From contig CM082588.2 of NCBI GenBank assembly GCA_040954595.2, positions 10,276,844 to 10,340,843 of the forward strand: a stretch of DNA of 64,000 nucleotides. The letters are read 5' to 3'. The stretch's first letter is position 1. Each line of letters starts with the position of its first letter. Shown here piece after piece: positions 33,157 through 43,300 of the stretch. The DNA comes from Balanoglossus misakiensis. Lineage: Eukaryota; Animalia; Hemichordata. The notes beneath the pieces are model-generated. The model ran no database searches. It saw only the letters and a list, made by a program, of their open reading frames with translations, and was not told the DNA's origin. The position numbers and the translations under genes are program-made.

Positions 33157-35610
33157 CTAGTTTTTGAAAGTGGTGATGGTGTTGGCAGAGTTGGCCTTAA
33201 ATTGGAGCTCGCGTCCATCGCAGATGTCGGTGACGGCGTCCTGCAGTTGTTTCTGGGTGGTGTTGACGGGGTTAATGGAGAATTTTCTGAGTAAATACTT
33301 GGTCTCCTTTGGGTAGATCTTGTATGTGTCAAGGTCATCACCGGTTTGTATTAAGAGGGAAAGTATTGTGCCTGGTCTGCAGGATGGGCTTTTATTCTTT
33401 CTGCAGAAACGACATCTGAAAGAAATGAGAAATAGGCAATGTTGAAGTTGGTGGAATAAATATGTTGATTGCTGGCTGATGTGGAAAGGGTGTAACATGC
33501 AGTAATGTGGAAGAATATAAGTATTGAAGTAAAGTTGAATAAGGGATGTTACGGATGTCATGTGAATATTTAGTTGTAAGGAAGCCAATTGGATTGTTGG
33601 GATATAAGGAAGAGATGTTATTGAGTGGCTGTGCACTGGTAAATTTTTCCAGCGGAATGGCTTATGTCTGAAAATGGGACATTGCATGAAAAAACTGCTA
33701 TGTATAGCTCAGCTGGTGTCTGCACACAAGGTATTGAGGGGCTGGTGGTAAGTGCGGATGAAGAGGAATTTTGGATTACCTGTTGCTGTCATTGAGAAAT
33801 CCATTGCACCGAGGCGCATCTGCACATAAGAGAACTCTCTGTAGATTGGAGAGCCCTTGTAATGTCCCGGTTGTCCAGTTTGAGCTGTCATCGGAATCCG
33901 CCGATAAGGTGTCTGTAGTGTTTTGGTGTGATAGGGTTTCATGAGCCTGAAATAGAATTAGGGAAAGATTAGATTACCTGCGTGTGTTTTTGATAAATGA
34001 AGCTGTGGTTCGTGTGTCTGGAAATGTAGATGCTGAATTGGATGTTTGAAGAACTGAATAATGACAACAGCGGATAATATATGTTGTCTACTATTATGTT
34101 GAATAATGTAGCTCTGAGGAAGAAGCTTTGATTGCAAAACAAAGTACTGAACGCATTTGGAAAAGTGGAAACGAAAGTTTGGAATAGTATTGAAATGTTA
34201 CTTGTGGATTCACTATATGTTGTCATGGGCAAAGAAAAAGAAATGTGAATATTGTAATGAATTGTTTGAGCAGGGAATACAGGAAAAACAGTGGACAGTT
34301 TCAGTATAGTCAAGTTGTTTGTAGTGAACATAATACCTGAAAACGAAAGGGGTGGTACCAGGACAATTTCCTGTTGGTATACACTGTATAGTGTATTGTA
34401 TTGACTGATCAGTGAAGTACTTACCGATACTGATATTGTGGTGGATTGCCTGGATGTGAGGCGGTTGTTGAACGAGGCAGCTTTCTTCACATTGGTAATA
34501 GTTATAACATCACCAGTGGTGAGCTCACACTTCGTAAGATCTCCCCATACGGTTAGTTTGTACACCCCTGAGCTGTCTCCAAGTCCAATAGTTCTGCGTG
34601 GTAATTTGCCGTACCGGGTGTGGGTGGCTTTGGTGTTTTGAACCTAAAAGACAGAAGAAGTAATAAACAAATGGAAAACGGTAAAGAGTGTACCATGAGG
34701 TTTGTGAGATGAACGGTCGGGAAAAGGTGAGGTGGGGGTAGAAGTCAATAGGAAACGGACCTTTCTACCCTTCGAGGTCGATAGGGAACGGACCCCTCTC
34801 CTGTGCATCGAGGGATCTTCACGACGTGGAATAGCATTGCATACGCGGTTGTTCGGTGTACGGTACGTGACCAGCTGTGGTGAAGGTCGTGTAACGTCGG
34901 GAAAACGAAGACGGTCATTGTATATATGGGTAACAGAGGAGTGAATGAAGTCAATAAAGCGTAAGCGAAATGTTCGTGATCTTGTGGAAAACACGACTAC
35001 GTCAATTAAAGTAACGTGTTGGTGTTGATTTGTGGCAGAGTTTATTCGTGACAATGGAAGTGGGCGGGTAATCCGATTACGTGAGATTGTTGTTGGCCGC
35101 GAAATATCTAGGGCGAAAATGGGTGAATTGTGAAATGAGTGAGCATTTTAAGTGTAAACTTACCCTTACTACAGTTCCTGATATGTTGTGATAATTGGTG
35201 TTGTCGGCAATTGCTGCGGCCATAGTGACAACAGCAGCAGTGGGTGCTTGCTCTGTCATGCGACAGCGAAGTCCGTGAGCCTCGGTTGCGACACTTTCAG
35301 GAATGTTGAGGTCCACCCTATTAACAGCCAAGGTGGAGCCTTGGTTGATGGAAATCCCGTTGGAACGCACGTAAATTTTCGGACCAAGAAATAGTGTACT
35401 TCCTTCATTTGCTCTCAATAAAGACAACGTGTCTTCTCTGGTTGACCAGATATACAGAGTGGTGGCAGCGGTGTGGTCTGCCACCACAGCCCGTTTAAAT
35501 TTTTCGTTGGTCGAGGTATTTTCATAGTAGATTAGTTTAACTTGAGTGGTAACATCGTGGTAGGTGTTGGTCTCTTTCTGGCTTAATTCTTTTAGTGTTG
35601 ATTTTGGCAT
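33157..35610 (-). CDS. Spliced RPA70-like ssDNA-binding protein (OB folds plus C4 zinc finger); exons 35610-35164, 34643-34425, 33946-33780, 33415-33157; 363 aa
   Basis: Three GT-AG introns with polypyrimidine tracts and matching phases (0, 0, 2). The joined frame is open. It gives the OB-like segment ISGTVVRVQNTKATHTRYGKLPRRTIGLGDSSGVYKLTVWGD..GDVITITNVK and the Zn motif CADAPRCNGFLNDSNRCRFC. Confidence 0.78.
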
Positions 35611-36929
35611 CTGTACGGAAGAAACAAAGGTGAAATTATAAGACTGTGGTTTCACGATCAGTGGTTGAATGTACATGATGGTGGAAACTATATCATCAAG
35701 GGGAAAACGCCAAACGAAAGGATTAATAGATTGGCATGTAGTTGCCACAAATCAGACGTGAGGGTCTCATCAGCGATCAGGTTTGCATTGAAAGTTTCAG
35801 AATGAAGAGTCTCTGGTAGTTGATGTTCAAATGAAATTACCAATTGTAATGTATCGAAGAATTCACACGGGTCACCAAAAACTTTGAAATGGGCGCAATG
35901 AGTGCTGTTAACTGGAGAACAGTAGTACAAGCGTATTGTTGAAAATGAGACACGGCGGATGTTTGCGCCAATTGGCAAAACTTGTTCGTGTGTTGCGTCA
36001 GTTAACAGTTGCGAATGTGTGTACAGCTTTTTGGGGGGAAAACTGAACGACAGATTTTGTAATGTACGGAGAGCAGTGCATGGGCCGAGCTTTGCAGACG
36101 TAATTGTCTGGTTATGAATATTCCAAAGAGAGCCAATTGGCGTACCGATATTTTGTTGACGTTGAACGAAACGACAGTGGGGTGGTAGGTCAAATGGTGG
36201 GGCTTTGAAATGTCCCGCGGTATTTGACCAATGGAGTTGGCTTTCACTGTAGATTAAGCACCCGTGAATTTTTCGTACACAGTGTGGCATAATGAACCAA
36301 AGCAAGGAAATAAAAAATAAAGTATAACTTACTGTGTGAGTGTGGTACTTGCGGTGAACTAGACTGTGTGGATATAGTCTGTGCGGCTTGTTGTTCTGGA
36401 TGAAAAAGGTGGGAAAGTGTGGTACGATGACCGATGTGCGCTGGAAAGTTGAAAGCGACGCGATGTTGTAGTTTCAGGAGTCAGGGAGCGAATGCGGTGA
36501 GCTCGCAGAAGTGTATGAGTGGACTTTCCGAAGACGACGCGTGAAAAATTTAATAATTGACGGACACAATGGATTTGCACCAATAGTAATACACAGAAAT
36601 TGCCGACAAAGACAGTTTCGCAAAGGAACACGTGTGTATTGTTTACAAATATGACGTAACCGCCAGCGTGCAGATGAAAACAGAACGTGTTTACATGTTC
36701 AAAGCCAAGGAAGTCGATTGCTCCAGGGTTCTGAAAAACATTTCCGGTTGTGCATGACCGACAGGATGTTTGTTCGTAATCTGTCAATGTGATGAGATGT
36801 GTACCACATGTTAGCAATAAAATGGTGCCGTTTTGGTGTATAGGGGGAGATACCGATTATGTAAATAAACTGGTAATGTGACAGGGCAGTTGTCATTGCA
36901 ATGATGGACACAGTAATGTTGTTGTCAGG

Positions 36930-37200
36930 TTGTTTTCATTAAGTGTGACAGCAGCATGTATAGTTTTGACCAAATGTTTTTCAAGGTGCCACTTTTGATA
37001 TGTGGTATATTGGCAAGTATAAGAACTAATGCAAAATGGTAGTCTGTTGTTTCTTCATTAAGTTGTTGACATTTCAAAGTACCCATTGCTGTGGGTGGGC
37101 AGAGATATGTCACCATTGAAGTCCCCGATAATGAACACTGGTTTATTGACATAGATGAAATCTAGCAGTGGTGTACTGTCCTTTGTGAATGTTGTACGTT
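36930..37200 (-). pseudogene. Degenerate duplicate of the endonuclease C-terminus
   Basis: Fragments PLLDF..KPVFIIGDFNGDISLP and CQQLNEETTDYHFALVLIL parallel PLLDLTKPILIMGDFNFDILLP and CRQLIKEETTDQHSALDLIF at the end of the large ORF. Confidence 0.75.
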
Positions 37201-37374
37201 GGCATGTTGGTACTGACACTTGGTAATAATGGTTTGTGGTGTAGCAATAATTGCACATATTGACTCATACATGTATGTAATATGGGAAATAAGTGTATTT
37301 GAAATCTGCTGTTGTCATTTAATTCTTATGTGTTGTCTTTTATGATTATGTCTATAATCTAACACTGATTAATT

Positions 37375-40300
37375 TCAAGTGAATTGGCTGGGGTGAATGG
37401 CTGCATACACGGCCTTGTGATCAGACCATGAGTTTTCTATTGTGTCATAGGTAGTTGTGAAGAAGTTAAGAAAAATTAAGTCCAGAGCAGAATGCTGATC
37501 AGTTGTTTCTTCCTTTATTAGTTGCCGACAGTTACAAATTGATGTCATAAAGTGGAGGAAAGCAGTACTGGTATTAGGTAGTAGAATGTCAAAATTAAAG
37601 TCACCCATTATTAATATTGGTTTTGTCAAATCTAGTAGTGGCAGGAGATACTGTTGAAATTGTTGTTTGAATGTGTGGATTGTGCACTGAGGGGATTTAT
37701 AGATCATAATGATTTGAAGTAGTTTATTTTGAATTAGGATGTTGGCTTTTATAAATTCGAACACTTTTGTTGAATGGCACTTGATATGAATCACTTGATA
37801 TGAATCTTTGACATACAATACAAGACCATGATAGGGTCTTGTGAAATTTACAGCAGTGTTGTCAATATGCACATCTTGGTCATTCCTGAATAGTAGATAA
37901 TTTGGGAGATTGTAGGCTTCATTGGTATCATTAGTTGTTAATCTGGATTCAGCAATTCCGATAACATCAGCAGCAATTATATTGTGGTCACTGCATAAAT
38001 CTGCAAAATGTTTATGGAGTGATCTAGCGTTTTGATATACTACTTTGCAGTGGTCATGAGGGAGGGCATATAATGGTTTGAAGCATAATTGAAGTTGGCT
38101 GTCATCACGGAGTCTTTTCATTTCATTGTGAACTGCTTCAGATATTGCGATTTTATTTTTATTCAACTCCAGTATCTGAAGTCCACTTATTGTACGCACT
38201 CTACTTATTGCGACATAATGTATATGGTCAATTTTTCTTGTACCCATATGGATTATTACCTTATCAAGTGTATCACCCTGAGATTTGTGAATAGTTTTTG
38301 CAGCAGACGGTCTAAGTGGAAATTGAATTCTCATGACAGATACATGTTTGTAATATTTACTGGTAGGAAACTGGCGTTTAATGTCAAATATTGGAGTCAA
38401 TTGTTTACCAATTTCTGGTTGATGCAAATGTTTGTATTTATGTCTTCTTAATAGACCAACATTTTTATCATCAAATTGAACCCAAATTATACTGGGGCGG
38501 TTGTTTGATGTTCCTGTCATTCTGTGGTCTATTTGTTGCACTACACAACTGGCACCATTTGTCATACCATCCTCAACATCAACATTGGCAGTGAGATCAT
38601 ATCGCAGTCCAACAGCTATAGGTGCTTGTGATAATAAACCGCATGTTTTGGATGGATCTTTTGGAATGGTCTTCAAAAGCTGTGCTTTCACTTGTTGTGA
38701 GACATCACCAATAACTGTGTCCAGTGCTGGTACAACAAGTTTATGGGATGTAGCATTTTGGTAAACTTTATCATTATGTGACTCTACCATTGCATTGGTG
38801 GTGTATAAATGAGGAATGGACTCGTTGAGTGGTTGATCATGAGATATTACATAGTTTTGCAATTCAGAAATATCTTCATCTGTGTGCCTCCCTTCTCTCA
38901 ATCTATTCAATAGTTGAGCAAAGTCTTCATCATCTTTCTGTCTCATGATCTGTGTTAGTTCATGCATGGTGAAATGTTCTTTCCACAGATTAGTTGCTAA
39001 TGGGCCATACTCTTTTGTTAGGTCTTTGAATATCCAGCCATCCATTACTGGTTTGAGTTGAAATAAATCACCAACAGTTATCATTGAAACACCACCAAAT
39101 ACTTGATTGTTACCTTTTATTTGTTGAAGTCGGAGATTTATGAAATTTAAAAGCTCATGGCCTACCATGCTGATTTCATCAATGATTACAACTGATAAAT
39201 GTTGATATTTACTTCGCAAAGTATTAAGTTTATCGCTATCCAGTGGTTTGTATTTATAACCTTGACTTGCAGGTACTTTGAAAGCTGCATGAATAGTACT
39301 ACCATTGATATGATAGGCTGCTTTACCAGTTGGCGCACATAACAATAAACGACAGTCGAGTGGTGATTCACCAGCAATTGAACACAGATAGCGATGTAAT
39401 GCCTGATATATTGCTCGGATTACAACTGACTTTCCTGTACCAGCACCCCCTGTGATAAATATATGCATTGGATCATGATTTGTCTTGACTGATTTCAAAA
39501 CATGATGAAATATTTCCCTTTGTTTTACATTGAGAGATCTCACAAGTTTGTGATATTGTTCATCAGGGATACGTCCTGGGACGTTGCTGGTGTCATCAGT
39601 GGTGACAGTCGTATTCATACCAATGTCAACACCTATATCATAAGTGGTATGTTCTGGTTGGTCATCAGGTTGAAAGTATATGAAATGATCATTTGGTGTA
39701 GTAGTTCCTTCTTCTAGATCATCTCTCTCAGCATGTTGCGTATTTGGAGCAATCTGATCAAATGCATTTAAATCATCATTATCAAGTTGCTCTGCAGCTG
39801 TAGTGGCTTGATCTATCAACTCTGAATTATGTTCATACTTATCTATGGTTTGTGCAATAATGTGTTTGTTATGATTATAAGATTCTTGAAAGGTGGCACA
39901 ACTGTTTAGAAGGTCAGAGCTTTCATTTCTCCATGGCATGTACAGCAACAATTTTTCACGACAGTAATTTTCATAGTCAACTTTCTTACTATAATTGACA
40001 TAGCGTATTATACACGGATTTACACGTTCTTGTATTTTCATACCATTTTTGAGAATGATATTTATTTTACTTGTCATATTGTCAGATTCTGAGTCCACAC
40101 CTAAATCAGGGTCATCATGATCACCATCATTTATATCTTGTGGATAATTATCAGTGCATTTGGTTGAATATGTGACTCTAAGTTTAGATGCATAATCTGC
40201 AAGACACCAATTTTCTAATGCTTTTGGCCGTCTAGCATAACGTTTGATTAGATTGTCACTTTCTATGTCAGTAGATTCTGCTGGTGTATTTTCAAGGGCA

Positions 40301-43300
40301 GTTTTGCTTTTGAGCAGGAATGTTCTTTGATCAGGTGGTGATGTGTTTATAAATACCACTTGTCTTGTAGCTTTAGTAAGTGACAACTGCAGGATGATGT
40401 AAGCAGCCTCTTGTGCACTGATTTCTACATTGTTAAGGAATTTATTTCCAATATGTCTGACCTGTGCTTTCAGTTCCATATTGCCTTTTCTGGCTTCTTT
40501 GCATGCTTGGTCAAGTAATGCACTCATGCCTCTTTGGGATTTACTGATATAGGATACAATGTACATGGCACAGGCGTATGGATCTAAAACAAACTGTAGA
40601 TCATGATTTGCTCCCCATGCAGACAATAATAATTTCATGTAGGCATTGACACGTAAATCACTTGGTTCTCTTTTGAGAAATATTGTGGTAGTTTTGAGTG
40701 AACTCTGAATGCATTTTATGTATTCATCATGACTGATTTGCAGCTCAGTAGATAGGAAGTCATCATATGATATTGGTTTGCCTTCTTTCATATCATCCAG
40801 TTTTTGTTTGATTTCTTCATATTTCTGTTTGTAATGTTGTTCTTCATCTGGATCAGCATTTAATGGTGAGAGAATCATTGTTTCTGACATAGGAGGCATT
40901 GGGTATCCAAAACGACATACAGGTTTGCCTTTTACTCGGCATGTCTTAGAGTGCTTATGTGTCTGCAGATTCAATACTTCAGCCATTTCACTTGGTACAT
41001 TGGAAGAACAAGATACATATATGTCAATGAAATCAATCACTTCTGTTGGTGTGTTTTGTTGATAATTTGGTGCATTCTCAATCCACATTAGCATATGGAT
41101 GTGTGGTGAGCCACGTTGTTGAAATTCCACTCTGTAGAAGTAATCAGTGATTTTGCCCAATGGATCACATGGACCTCTAAGTACTGTATTGATGAATTCA
41201 TGAATTCTGTGGTCAAAGAAACGAGCACATGTCACTGGGTCAGATTGAAGTAACCTGGACTTTGTAGCCCAATCCATGGCTTTAAGTTCATCAGCAGTAT
41301 ATTTCTTACCATCTACAAGTGTACCCAGTATTTGATGTAAGTCAATCCACTTTGTGTCAGCACTAGACAGAGAACAAAACCATGTTGGTAAACCAAGTTG
41401 TCTAATCATTGCAAATACATCTTTCTTCCTCTTTTCTAGATAGGGTGGTGAATTGCGCAAATCTCTGAATATGTAAAATCCGTCATCAAGTCTAAGTAAA
41501 TCACTTACTCTTTCTGGATTTAATAAATCTGCAACTTTGTAAGTTCTGCCTTCAGTTTTACATCGTCTCAATGCAAGGTGGACTTTACTACTGATCTGTT
41601 TTAACTGCAGTTTCTTCACTTTGAAAAACATATTTGGTACAGAGTTTGCAACGCGTCTATCAACATTACGCAATTCCCATTTACAAACATCACTGTAATG
41701 TACATTTGAGGTGTGGATTTGATCAATATTTCTGCGTTGTCCACAGAATATAGTTGGAAAGGCTAGATATTCTGCATCTGTATCATTGAACAGACTAAGA
41801 GGGCGTTGACCTTCACCAGAGGCAAATGTTAAAATTTGATTACGATAATCTGAATCATCAAGTAAAGTGTCCATATTAGCAACAGCTCCCTCTGCTGGAT
41901 CAACCTCACTGAATTTATCAGAATCAGAATCTGATTCAGATTCAGGATCATCAGCTTGCTCTTGTTCAGTGTTTGTATTTTCAATAAATACAGCCATATC
42001 ATTATCTGTGTTTTCAAATTCCTGAGACCACTTGTGATTAATTGGAATACCTGAATTTTGGTACAAAACACTGTTTTTCATGAGCCACACAAGTGCTGCC
42101 ATCACTTTATTTGGTCGAATATTTTCTGTAAATTCACTTCGCGTGTACATTAGTTTTCGTTTCAGTTTGACTGGTATAGTAGCTGAATCATCTAGCATTC
42201 TTGGCAGAGCATTAACAGTAGGGGTGATATCTGTTGGAATATTGACTACCGGACCAGATAATGACCTTTGACCTCCACGTGGCAAACTGCACATATGCAT
42301 GAATGGAATTCTGAGTGCTATCAATCTTTCTTCCAAAGGGTGCAACTGTAACTGTGGTGGAATATCAGGGAAATTAACATTATTAGCTATAGACAATCTG
42401 GGGATTTTACCAGCAGATATGGATCTGTAGCATGTGTTACACACCCACTCTATATTGTCAACAGAAGTGTATGCAGTCAAACATTTTGATGCAATGCCTC
42501 GTTCAGATAATTTGGCAGCAGGAGTAACAGATTTTCTGAACCAAGTTTGATGACATGATGAGCAGACATAGACAGGGCCTTGTGATACAGTTCTATGAAA
42601 TATATTTATGCATGCCTGCAACGATTCCCCGCATAATTGTCGGGTCTCAAAACCTCTATGTTTGCTAAAACCATTGTGTGTAACATGTTGTTTTTTGTCA
42701 ATTTGAAATGTTTGAATTTTTTCACTGCATTTCACAAACTTCTTTTGTAAGTTTTCTTTTTTTCTGAAGTTTCTATCCTGTCTCTTCATTTTTCTGTAGA
42801 TCTGTTGCTTTTTGTTTTCGTGCTCTTTGAAGGTTTTACTTTTGCGTGAAGTCTTGATACGTGCCTGTGACTGTATTTTCTCATTTTGTCGAAATGTGGA
42901 ATTTTGACGCAGACTTTTAATGTGTTCTTTCAGTTTTGGCTTTTCTTTTTCTCGGAATGCAGGATTTTGACGCAAAGTTTTAATGTGTGCTTTAAATTTC
43001 ACCTTTTCTTTCTCTCGGAATGCAGGATTTTGACGCAGAGTTTGCTTGTGTGAGTTTAATTTCACCTTTTCTTTCTCTCGGAATGCAGGATTTTGACGCA
43101 GAGTTTGCTTGTGTGAGTTTAATTTCACCTTTTCTTTCTCTCGGAATGCAGGATTTTGACGCAGAGTGTTAATGCGTGATTTCAATTTGACCTTCTCTTT
43201 CTCTCGGAATACAGGATTTTGACGCAGAGTTTGCTTGTGTGAGTTTAATTTCACCTTCTCTTTCTCTCGGAATGCAGGATTTTGACGCAGAGTGTTAATG

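Noticed and set aside
33709-33942. 77-aa ORF MKPYHTK.. and a possible micro-exon at 33978-34017
   Set aside because: The frame that joins the flanking exons is a different one, and the micro-exon would need a ~30-nt intron.
35688-36911. ORFs of 150-205 aa between the RPA-like gene and RepHel
   Set aside because: No recognisable motifs and non-ATG starts. More likely promoter, UTR or intron sequence of the RPA-like gene.
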